From Bacilli bacterium (GTDB taxonomy: Bacteria; Bacillota_I; Bacilli_A; RF39; UBA660): DNA of 53,837 bases. The translations under genes and the position numbers were made by a program. Positions 30,484-38,969 of the stretch are shown piece after piece. Within the stretch, counting starts at the first letter, position 1; every line of letters begins with the position of its first letter. The notes beneath the pieces are model-generated. The model had not been told where the DNA came from, searched no databases, and worked only from the letters and a program-made list of their open reading frames with translations. The stretch covers positions 1-53,837 of the forward strand of contig JAFVEF010000006.1 of the NCBI GenBank assembly GCA_017478105.1. Direction: 5' to 3'.

Positions 30484-31710
30484 TTAATAATTACCTATTC
30501 TAACCATTCTTTCTATTTTATCTAGTTCAAAGACATTTTTATTATCAAATCTATTAGATACTTTCTTCATAAATTCAATTAAAGTATGTAACTGTTTAGA
30601 AGCAGTCTTATCATTTTTACTAATTTGTTTAAATTTATTATCTTTATCGATTTGAACTTTATACTTTAAAATCTTATATATACCATCAAACATTTCATCA
30701 TCATTATATAAAATTGCATAAGTAAGTAATCTTAAGAATACATAAATAGGCATATCATAAATTTTATTTCGAATAGTTTCAGTTAATCCTACTCGATCTA
30801 AATCATAATCATATATTTCTTTAAATGGTGGATTGTTTATTTCCTCAGTCAACTTGATAGAATTATCATTTACTAACAATTGACATAATTTATAAACATA
30901 TTGATATTTAGTTAACCATTTCTTATTCATTCTTGCTTTCGCAACATGATTCTTTTTACATTTAAGTATTGATACTACAAGATCAACAGTTTCTTTTTCT
31001 TTAGTATCTCTCTTTTTCTTTTTAACAGGTTCTTCAACCATATAATCATCAAATGATAAAACTTCAATTTCTTGAGTAGCTTCTACATTATCAGCTTCTT
31101 CTTCATTCGAATCCTTTATTTTTTCCATTTCATCCAAAGCTATTGTTACTGTAAGACCAGTAGATGGTTCTTCAATTCTATTTGGATTTGAAAATAAATC
31201 ATTTGGTAATTTCGCATTTTTCTTTTGTTCTTTTAAGATGTATTTTTCAATTATTTGATCAAAATTGAATAAAGCAAGTAATATAAATACTATTAAGAAA
31301 ATTGCGATAGATTTAATAATAAAACTTGGTGATACTACATTAACAACTCTACCAACCATTTGATCTTTACTAATTTCTTCATCCGAAACATTATTGACAT
31401 CACCTTTAGTTATATATTTATCACCATTTTTACTAACTAATCGATGTGTTATTAAAGATCCATCTTTATTTTTAAATGTAATAATATCATTTACCTTAGC
31501 ATCTTTTGTTATTTTAACAAATATTATATCATTAACTTCAATAGTACCAGACATAGATCCAGTCGCAACAACAAAATAAGTATAACCAAATACATTTGCA
31601 TAATCTTTCTTCATTAGATCAGTAACTACAAACGTATAAATACATAAAGATACAAGTAAGACTAAGAAAACAGAAGCTACATATTTCAATATAGTTTTCA
31701 CTTTTCCCAT
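30484..31710 (-). CDS. sipW: SipW-type signal peptidase I with a large C-terminal cytoplasmic extension
   Basis: VATGSM, LITHRL, TKGD.N..D; second TM then ~255 extra aa. Confidence 0.85.
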   Translation of the reverse strand: MGKVKTILKYVASVFLVLLVSLCIYTFVVTDLMKKDYANVFGYTYFVVATGSMSGTIEVNDIIFVKITKDAKVNDIITFKNKDGSLITHRLVSKNGDKYITKGDVNNVSDEEISKDQMVGRVVNVVSPSFIIKSIAIFLIVFILLALFNFDQIIEKYILKEQKKNAKLPNDLFSNPNRIEEPSTGLTVTIALDEMEKIKDSNEEEADNVEATQEIEVLSFDDYMVEEPVKKKKRDTKEKETVDLVVSILKCKKNHVAKARMNKKWLTKYQYVYKLCQLLVNDNSIKLTEEINNPPFKEIYDYDLDRVGLTETIRNKIYDMPIYVFLRLLTYAILYNDDEMFDGIYKILKYKVQIDKDNKFKQISKNDKTASKQLHTLIEFMKKVSNRFDNKNVFELDKIERMVRIGNY

Positions 31711-31877
31711 CTAACTCACCACCAATCTATTCTATCTTTATCATTATAACATATAAAAAAAAACTATTAAAGCTTTTTCTATAAAATTTATAATCATTTT
31801 TATAATTATTATTCCCCATAAATAATAAACTATTCTACCAGTAAATTCTTCCAGTAATCCACTACAAAAAAAAGAGA

Positions 31878-33497
31878 CTAAACAGTCTCTATTTCTTCTT
31901 CATCTTTAACTACTATTCCTTGCATTTTACATAAATTATTAATTTCAGAAATACTAATATGACTTCTATCTATATTTTGTATTAAATTAATATATTTAAC
32001 AGTATCCATAGTAGCATCAATATTATCTTGATCAATCATTTCATTAGTAACAGCTAAATTTAATAATTTATACTTTTCCGCAACTATAGATACAATATCA
32101 AATTCCGTTAAAGCATTAACTTTTCTTAAAAATCTATTATTTGGATTATAAAGGAATTTAAAATAATCATTAACATTCTCTTCTAAACTTTTTTCTTCAA
32201 ACTTTTCATCACCAGAGAAAGACTTTTCTAAAAAACTAAATGAAGATAATGCACTATAAAATAAATCATAAATACTTGCCGATTCACTTAACTTATTTAA
32301 ATTATTAGTCATCTCTAAATCTTCAAGTTCATCATAAATAGTACATAATTTCTTTATCTGCTCATTCATTTCTAACATATAATTACGCATTTTAGCATCA
32401 TTCTTACGAGCCAAGAACCCAATACCATTAGCTTTCAAATACTTTTTATAAATACCAAGTCTTTTCTTATTTTCTTTATCAGCTTCTTTTTTCTTAGAAG
32501 CATATTGACTCTTTACACTATCTTTATTTTTATATCTTTCCAATAAATCTTTTAAGATAAATTCATAATTATAATATTTTTTTAACTCATTTAATGTCAA
32601 ATATAATCCCATAACAGCAGAATTATATTTTTGCTTATCTTCATCACTTAAACTAGCATAATCACCGTTAATAGCAAAAACATTATAATTCTTTCCTCTT
32701 GCCGGAGCATCTACTAAATAATCAGTTATTTTCTTTTTAGCATCTAAAAATAATTTAGAATTATAATACTCATCAACTGCTATTTTAGTACCAACTTCAA
32801 ATCTATATGAAGTATACTTAGATACTACATTATCTTTATTAACTTGACTTTTCTTATTCTCATCTTCAACTAATTTTTGAACATATTTAGAAAGTTCTTT
32901 TTCATACTTAGAAACAATATCCTTAAGATTCATTTTTAATTGAATTTTAATCATAGGACATGCAAAATATATTTTTTCAAATACATCCTTCATAATATCA
33001 GAATTAGGATTATCTAGTAATGCTGACATATATTGTTCAGTAAACATAGTATATTTAAAATCATTAAGAGTAAGAACAATTCCATATTTTTTAAAACGAT
33101 TAATAAAATCTAAAATAATATTATCCAAATCTTCTAAAGAAGTTTCTTCTTTAATAGAAGCAATTAAAAAATCTAATTTTAATTTAAAACTATCATGAAT
33201 AGTACTATTAAGTTTTACTAAATTTAGAAGTTTATCAACTTCAGCTAACTCTTTATCATACTCTTCAGTTTTATCAACAGGCATCTTATTCTTAAATCTT
33301 TCAACTAATTCATTCTCAATAAGAACTTTATATTTATCAAATACAACATGTTGAGAATTTACATAATTATTTCTATCTTGAATTGCTTTAAGGTGAAATT
33401 TTTCTTTTACTTTCTTTGTTCCTTCATCTGTTTCCAAAACAAAATTATCAATATGATTTTTATTGATTTCTATTTGTTTAGTAATAGTATTATTCAT
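31878..33497 (-). CDS. Hypothetical helical/coiled-coil cytoplasmic protein
   Basis: Long ORF; likely ATG at 33497 overlapping the end of the upstream small gene. Confidence 0.7.
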   Translation of the reverse strand: MNNTITKQIEINKNHIDNFVLETDEGTKKVKEKFHLKAIQDRNNYVNSQHVVFDKYKVLIENELVERFKNKMPVDKTEEYDKELAEVDKLLNLVKLNSTIHDSFKLKLDFLIASIKEETSLEDLDNIILDFINRFKKYGIVLTLNDFKYTMFTEQYMSALLDNPNSDIMKDVFEKIYFACPMIKIQLKMNLKDIVSKYEKELSKYVQKLVEDENKKSQVNKDNVVSKYTSYRFEVGTKIAVDEYYNSKLFLDAKKKITDYLVDAPARGKNYNVFAINGDYASLSDEDKQKYNSAVMGLYLTLNELKKYYNYEFILKDLLERYKNKDSVKSQYASKKKEADKENKKRLGIYKKYLKANGIGFLARKNDAKMRNYMLEMNEQIKKLCTIYDELEDLEMTNNLNKLSESASIYDLFYSALSSFSFLEKSFSGDEKFEEKSLEENVNDYFKFLYNPNNRFLRKVNALTEFDIVSIVAEKYKLLNLAVTNEMIDQDNIDATMDTVKYINLIQNIDRSHISISEINNLCKMQGIVVKDEEEIETV

Positions 33498-33678
33498 CTT
33501 TAGCTTCACCACCATCTTCTTGATTTTCACTTGCATCTTCACTAACTTCTTTTTCTTCTAAAATAATACTTTCTTTTAGATATTGAAGATGAGATAGTAC
33601 TTCATCATATAAGACTAATAAATCACTATCATTTAATCCCTTAATTTCAGTTAAAATTTCATTATTCATATATTTCAC
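33490..33678 (-). CDS. Small acidic hypothetical protein
   Basis: RBS GAGGTGA; stop overlaps the start of the next gene (ATGAATAA). Confidence 0.6.
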   Translation of the reverse strand: MKYMNNEILTEIKGLNDSDLLVLYDEVLSHLQYLKESIILEEKEVSEDASENQEDGGEAKDE

Positions 33679-33687
33679 CTCATAGAA

Positions 33688-33716
33688 TAAAAGCCTTCAA
33701 ATAACTGAAGGCTCTT
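33688..33716 (-). terminator. Intrinsic terminator after the putative major fibre subunit
   Basis: AGCCTTCA-N6-TGAAGGCT followed by a T tract on the minus strand. Confidence 0.7.
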
Positions 33717-33736
33717 AAATATTATCTAAATTATTA

Positions 33737-34726
33737 TTAAGATCCAGAACTAGAATCAATACTGAATTGTAAACTATAAGTTAAAGATCCACCAGAAGCT
33801 TTATCCTCACAGTCAACATCTTGTCCTTCTATCCACATATAAATTCTAACCTTAGTAATTCCAGCGGCAACATCAAATGCATTGATATAAGTAGATTCTG
33901 GGATACCAGCTTCAACACTACCAACAGTAGTAACTGGAGAGAAATAATTTTCATCAGTACTATTTAAACGAATTCCGTTTGCCTTAGCAATAGGAGCTTT
34001 AACTCCATTATAAGCTAATTTACCACCAGAAGTTTGTCCAACAGTAATACCATATACGTTTAAGGCATTAGCAACACCATTTGCAGTGTGAACATCGTAG
34101 TTTGGTTCCCAAATCTTAACAGATTCAGATCCAACAATACCTTGAGCTTGAGCAGCAGTAGAACCTGCAGCAACACTACCTTCTTTAATAAAAGCAACAC
34201 GAGCAGCATTTTGAATTCCAGTTGCAGTTCCCTTAGCAACTACACTTGAATTACTAGTTAAGTAAACTGTTTGAGCAATTGTTGATTGGAAGAATAAATC
34301 GAATACAACAAAGTCTCCAGCAGTTCCTAAAGTTTCAGTAGATTTAACAGCAGTTAACAAGTTATCTCCTGAAGTAGCATCTGCTTCAATTGTTCCTTTG
34401 AACATTTCCAATTTACCAGCATTAACAACACCAGCAGTTGAAACAGGAACAGCTGTATTAGGTGCAGTAGGTAATTGGTTAACAACACCAGTCCAAGTAG
34501 CTCCTTTAATATCAGCGTTAGTAACAATTGATTTCCAGTTAGCAGCATCAACAGAAATTTGTAAACCTGTAGATGTAGAAACTGTAACATCAATTGATTC
34601 TACTGTAACAGTTCTGTTTGCAGTAAACCATGCATAAGTTGATGCAGATAATACTACAGCAGTAAATAAAATCATTATGATAGCTAATAAAATTTTTCTC
34701 TTTTTTCTATCTCTTTTCTTTTTCAT
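33737..34726 (-). CDS. SipW-dependent protein, probable major fibre subunit (TasA-like)
   Basis: Textbook STYA|WFT cleavage motif; Ala/Thr/Gly-rich; strong RBS AAGGAG; own terminator. Confidence 0.8.
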   Translation of the reverse strand: MKKKRDRKKRKILLAIIMILFTAVVLSASTYAWFTANRTVTVESIDVTVSTSTGLQISVDAANWKSIVTNADIKGATWTGVVNQLPTAPNTAVPVSTAGVVNAGKLEMFKGTIEADATSGDNLLTAVKSTETLGTAGDFVVFDLFFQSTIAQTVYLTSNSSVVAKGTATGIQNAARVAFIKEGSVAAGSTAAQAQGIVGSESVKIWEPNYDVHTANGVANALNVYGITVGQTSGGKLAYNGVKAPIAKANGIRLNSTDENYFSPVTTVGSVEAGIPESTYINAFDVAAGITKVRIYMWIEGQDVDCEDKASGGSLTYSLQFSIDSSSGS

Positions 34727-34743
34727 AATTAAACTCCTTCATA

Positions 34744-35457
34744 TTATTTTTTTGTTTTATTTTTCTTTACTTCGACATGTTCCTCGGTAAAGGACATATG
34801 CATTTTTATTTCGCCACCTAATAAATCGTTTTTACATTCTGGATCGTCTCCCTCAATCCATACAACAACTGTATAGCGATCTTTTCCATTAGGCTTAAAA
34901 CTTTTTCTTTGTTCCAATACTGCTACCGTATCAGAAACAAACCTCTTGGTACCCTCTTCAGCACTTCCATCAATTTTACTTTTCTTAGCATAGACTACTT
35001 GCTTTCCATTTTGAATAATCATTATTCTGATTGCTTCATCTACTTTAAGAATAGTATCATCGATGTCAATCTCATACCAATAATGGACGGTTTCTTCTCC
35101 TGCATTAACTACATAGAAAGAATATGCAATATAATTATCTCCATTATGTGCACCTGTTCCTTCATCTAGATTCTCAGGTAACCACTTAATGGAAATATTA
35201 TCCATATAGTCAATAGTCTCTGCACCAAGTTTTATCTGTTTATTAGATATTTTTCCATCTTCAGAAAGAAATACATTCTTTCTATTTGATAAGTTCTTAT
35301 CTAATGTAACAGTAAACCTTCCACCTTCGTAAACGATATATAGAGCTAAATAAATAATTGATATTACAATCAGTAATAGCAAAAATACAATCTTAACAAT
35401 TTTCTTAAATAACTCTCGTTTGTAAATTTTCTGTGCCTTTACTTCTACTTCATTCAT
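34744..35457 (-). CDS. Membrane-anchored paralogue of the fibre subunit
   Basis: TM without a SipW motif; C-terminal VWIEGDDPEC...GGEI matches MWIEGQDVDC...GGSL of 33737. Confidence 0.7.
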   Translation of the reverse strand: MNEVEVKAQKIYKRELFKKIVKIVFLLLLIVISIIYLALYIVYEGGRFTVTLDKNLSNRKNVFLSEDGKISNKQIKLGAETIDYMDNISIKWLPENLDEGTGAHNGDNYIAYSFYVVNAGEETVHYWYEIDIDDTILKVDEAIRIMIIQNGKQVVYAKKSKIDGSAEEGTKRFVSDTVAVLEQRKSFKPNGKDRYTVVVWIEGDDPECKNDLLGGEIKMHMSFTEEHVEVKKNKTKK

Positions 35458-35522
35458 TATCAATCACCACTCTGTCTATATATTGTATCACTAATGCCAC
35501 CTTTCCTACTATGCCTAATATT

Positions 35523-35551
35523 ATTATAGACAGAAAAAATTTTTAAATCAA
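35523..35551 (-). promoter_or_regulatory. SigA-type promoter for the 34744/33737 pair
   Basis: TTGATT-17bp-TATAAT. Confidence 0.6.
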
Positions 35552-35629
35552 TATAAAAAACAAAAAAATGTAAAATAATTTAAAATTTTACATTTTTTAT
35601 ATTTTTTTATAAATTTTTAATAATAAAAA

Positions 35630-35716
35630 TGGTGCTTCCATCCGGACTTGAACCGGAACTCTATTGCTAGAAGCAGATTTTGAGTCTGCCGCGTCTACCA
35701 ATTCCGCCATGGAAGC
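35630..35716 (-). tRNA. tRNA-Leu(CAA)
   Basis: GCTTCCA/TGGAAGC acceptor stem, D-loop GGTAGA, anticodon arm GCAGA-CTCAAAA-TCTGC, long variable arm, GGTTCAAGTCC, encoded CCA. Confidence 0.96.
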
Positions 35717-35728
35717 ACGTACATGTTT

Positions 35729-35756
35729 ATTATATCACAATTTATAATTCATTCAA
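35729..35756 (-). promoter_or_regulatory. tRNA promoter
   Basis: TTGAAT-16bp-TATAAT with extended TG. Confidence 0.55.
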
Positions 35757-35762
35757 GACTTT

Positions 35763-36332
35763 TTAATTTTCCTTATATCTTGATTTATATAAATCAGCTT
35801 CCGTATCTTCTTCTTTAGAAACATCTTGCAATATCTCATCTAATTTAGGTAAATCAGCTGTTGAAGACAATCCAAAATAATCTAAGAATTCATTAGTTGT
35901 TTCATATAATATAGGACGTCCAGCAGCCTCACTTCTTCCACTTTCTTTAATAAAACCTTTCGCAACTAACTTACGAATAATTGATGCACTCCCAACTCCT
36001 CTAATTACATCAACCTGTATTCTAGTTATTGGTTCATTATAAGCAATAATTGCTAAAGTTTCTAATGCAGCTTGTGATAATGTATTAGTCTCCGGATTCT
36101 CTATTAGTTTATGATAATACTCTTTATGTTCAAATTTAGTAGTCAATTTAAATCTATTACCTAAAAAATCTATTCTTAATCCTCTATCTTCTTCTTCATA
36201 ATCCTTCTTAAGATCCATTAGTAATTCTTTTGCTCTACCCTCATCTATTTCTAAAACCTCTTCTATTTGTTCTAAAGTTAAACCATCTTCCCCTACAACA
36301 AATAAAAGTCCTTCCAATACTGCTTTCTGCAT
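35763..36332 (-). CDS. scpB: SMC-Scp complex subunit ScpB
   Basis: LEGLLF..G, LSQAALETLAIIAY..PITR, GRPILY.T..FL.YFGL. Confidence 0.95.
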   Translation of the reverse strand: MQKAVLEGLLFVVGEDGLTLEQIEEVLEIDEGRAKELLMDLKKDYEEEDRGLRIDFLGNRFKLTTKFEHKEYYHKLIENPETNTLSQAALETLAIIAYNEPITRIQVDVIRGVGSASIIRKLVAKGFIKESGRSEAAGRPILYETTNEFLDYFGLSSTADLPKLDEILQDVSKEEDTEADLYKSRYKEN

Positions 36333-37057
36333 TATATCGCCTCACAAACTATATCATCAAATTCCTTATCTTGAATTATTTTAATTTCCTGCTCTTTTGC
36401 CATTTCTAAAATAGCTAAAAATGTCGCAACTATATACTCCTTATTAACAACAGGAAATAATTCAAAAAAAGAAACTCTCTTTTTATTTTTTAAAATACTT
36501 TTAATATCATGCTTTCTAGAACTAACACTTATCTCTTTAACTGTAACTTTAGTCTTTATAGGCTTACTATCTATTTTTCTTTGATAATATTTTTGAAAAG
36601 CACTAATTAAATCATCTAAAGATACATCACAATGTATTTCATTATCACCATCACTATAATTTTTAATACTCTCTGGTAACTTAGTATATATTTCTTTTCT
36701 TATTAATTCTTTTTCTTGTAATACTTTAGTAATATCTTTATATGCTTGATACTCTAATAATCTATTAACCAAATCTTCTCTAGGATCAACTTTCTCTTCT
36801 TCTTCTACCTTATCTTTATTATTAGGAATCAACATCTTAGACTTAATTTCTAATAATTCACAGGCCATTACTAAATATTCTGAAGAAACTTCTAAATTTA
36901 ATTTTTCTTGTTCATTTAAAAAATCCATATATTGTTTAGTAATTAACTCTATTTCAATATTCATTATATCCATTTTTGATTCTTTAATTAAATGTAATAA
37001 TAAATCTAGAGGTCCTTCAAAATCCTGAATTTTAAAATCTAATTCCATAAGTATCAC
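36332..37057 (-). CDS. scpA: Segregation/condensation protein ScpA
   Basis: FEGPLDLLLHLI, EYLVMA.L.IKS, DPR..L..RLLEY, FLAILE. Confidence 0.95.
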   Translation of the reverse strand: MILMELDFKIQDFEGPLDLLLHLIKESKMDIMNIEIELITKQYMDFLNEQEKLNLEVSSEYLVMACELLEIKSKMLIPNNKDKVEEEEKVDPREDLVNRLLEYQAYKDITKVLQEKELIRKEIYTKLPESIKNYSDGDNEIHCDVSLDDLISAFQKYYQRKIDSKPIKTKVTVKEISVSSRKHDIKSILKNKKRVSFFELFPVVNKEYIVATFLAILEMAKEQEIKIIQDKEFDDIVCEAI

Positions 37058-37112
37058 TCCGAACTATATCCATTATAACATAAAAGATGCTATAATAGAA
37101 ACAGGTGATTAA

Positions 37113-37421
37113 ATGAAACGTTTTAATGAATTAGATGAAGGCTTTATTTGTGAACACTGTAATAAAGAAGTAAAACCATTATATTATTCTTCAAGAGATC
37201 ATTGTCCATATTGTTTATATTCAAAACATGTAGATATAAATCCAGGAGATCGATTAAATCCTTGTAAAGGTCTATTAAAACCAATTGAAATAGAAAAACA
37301 TAAAGATACTTATAAAATTATATATCAATGTGAAAAATGTTTAGAAAAACATAAAAACATCATCGCTAAAGATGATGATATGGAAGAAATAATAAAAATA
37401 TCAACAAAAAATAATCAATAA
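37113..37421 (+). CDS. RNHCP-domain zinc-binding protein
   Basis: FICEHC, RDHCPYCLYSKHVD..PGDR...C.G, C..C. Confidence 0.85.
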   Translation: MKRFNELDEGFICEHCNKEVKPLYYSSRDHCPYCLYSKHVDINPGDRLNPCKGLLKPIEIEKHKDTYKIIYQCEKCLEKHKNIIAKDDDMEEIIKISTKNNQ

Positions 37422-37430
37422 AACTATTGA

Positions 37431-38384
37431 TTATTTTTCTATTAATTTCGCATGAATTACTTTTCTACCTTTATTATCATCACTACAAGTAGACAATGTA
37501 ATTATTTTATCACCTACACCTACATCTAATCCAAAATCATATTTACTTCTACCTTTAAGAGTATTAAGAAATTCTAAATAATCATTATCACTATAGAAAT
37601 TATTTTGTAAATAATAAACTTCTGGATCTATGTAATAACAAGAAAATATTTGATAAACAAATCTTCCACTCTCATTAAGTACAACTATATAATGATTAGA
37701 ATTCTTAAACCATTTATCGGTAAATACATTACTTACACTTCCAAATGCTGTTTTATTAAGTAAATTATGTCCATAAAAAATAGTATTAGAATCACTCATA
37801 TCTGGATTATTTCTATAATCCATAAATGTCCAACCACTAGCTTTAGGATTCTTAACTATATCATGATTTAAATAATAATCATTATTAGTAGTTTGTACTA
37901 TCGGATAATTTATATTAGTACCATCAACTTGTAACCAACTAACAACATCACTATTAGTATTTTTTAAATCAGCAAAAGATACTTGATCTAATCTCATACC
38001 TCCATATTTACGATATAAATTTACTTCATTAGAAGTATAAGTTTCCTTATCACTTAAAATCTCTTCCTTAGGAACAACTTTCTCTTCAACAATAGAATCA
38101 TCAACATAAGTAATATCATCTTTATCAACATATAAATATGTTTGTAAAAAAGCTCCAAGTAAAAATACTACAATTATAAATAAAAACGCAATTGGATCAG
38201 ATTGCTTCTTCTTAAAAAAAACACTAATCTTTTTAAAAAGATTAACTGGAATAACTTTACTTATTAAATAGAATAGACCGTAAAAATAGAAAAAGAATCC
38301 TTTAGCCATAATTAAAGCTAAGTAATAAAAACCAAGCTGTGTAGTTTCAAATAAATATTTAAAGATACTAATAATTTTTTTCAT
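37431..38384 (-). CDS. srtB: Class B sortase with extended hydrophobic N-terminus
   Basis: INYPIVQ..NDYYL, FMDYRN, YGHN, TLSTC, GR. Confidence 0.9.
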   Translation of the reverse strand: MKKIISIFKYLFETTQLGFYYLALIMAKGFFFYFYGLFYLISKVIPVNLFKKISVFFKKKQSDPIAFLFIIVVFLLGAFLQTYLYVDKDDITYVDDSIVEEKVVPKEEILSDKETYTSNEVNLYRKYGGMRLDQVSFADLKNTNSDVVSWLQVDGTNINYPIVQTTNNDYYLNHDIVKNPKASGWTFMDYRNNPDMSDSNTIFYGHNLLNKTAFGSVSNVFTDKWFKNSNHYIVVLNESGRFVYQIFSCYYIDPEVYYLQNNFYSDNDYLEFLNTLKGRSKYDFGLDVGVGDKIITLSTCSDDNKGRKVIHAKLIEK

Positions 38385-38527
38385 AATATCTCCCTATCTA
38401 TTATAGAACCTTTTTCTAATGTTAATACTTTACTTTTCTTTTGTTTATGTTCTACAAGTAATACGACATTACCTGTTACAAAAGATACTATAAGCATCAA
38501 GGTAAAAATCAAATATACTGTATACAT
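38381..38527 (-). CDS. 48-aa single-TM protein translationally coupled to the sortase
   Basis: Not in the ORF track. RBS GAGGTGA; MYTVYLIFTLMLIVSFVTGNVVLLVEHKQKKSKVLTLEKGSIIDREIL; stop overlaps the sortase start (ATGA). Confidence 0.7.
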   Translation of the reverse strand: MYTVYLIFTLMLIVSFVTGNVVLLVEHKQKKSKVLTLEKGSIIDREIL

Positions 38528-38618
38528 AAACTCACCTCTATTCTTATAATAATTATAACCAAAATAAAAGTAGAAATAAATATTATTTGAAAAAGATTAT
38601 TTTCTTTACGTAAAATAA

Positions 38619-38969
38619 CTAATTACGAGGTTTAAAGATTAATGTAAATAAAAAGGAAAAAATAATTGCACAAGCTATACCAGTTGCAGTTAAATCAAAC
38701 ATTCCCATAAAAATACCCATAAACCCACAACTTTCAGCTTTAAGTAAAGCACCATGTATAAGTGAATGTCCAAAACTAGTAATCGGTAAGAGAGCTCCTC
38801 CACCTACTATTTTTATAATTTTATCATAAATACTAAAAGTATCTAAAAAAGCTCCAATAACTACAAATATAGACGTAATATGTCCTGCAGTTAACTTTGT
38901 ATTATCTAATATTATTTGAGCTATTAAACAAAGTAACCCACAAAATAAAAATGAATTAATTAAATACAT
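38619..38969 (-). CDS. spoVAE: Stage V sporulation protein AE (SpoVAC/SpoVAEB family)
   Basis: FL.GLLC.IAQ..LD.TKLT.GH, GA.LPITSFG, IFKP; likely start MYLINS near 38969. Confidence 0.88.
   Translation of the reverse strand: MYLINSFLFCGLLCLIAQIILDNTKLTAGHITSIFVVIGAFLDTFSIYDKIIKIVGGGALLPITSFGHSLIHGALLKAESCGFMGIFMGMFDLTATGIACAIIFSFLFTLIFKPRN

Noticed and set aside
34771-34777. TGTCGAA (Spo0A box) 45 bp upstream of the major subunit start
   Set aside because: Lies inside coding sequence (His-Val-Glu codons) with no associated promoter; may be chance.
13209-35716. Fibre locus as a tRNA-Leu-integrated genomic island or prophage
   Set aside because: No integrase, no duplicated tRNA 3' end found by eye, no phage genes and no obvious compositional shift.
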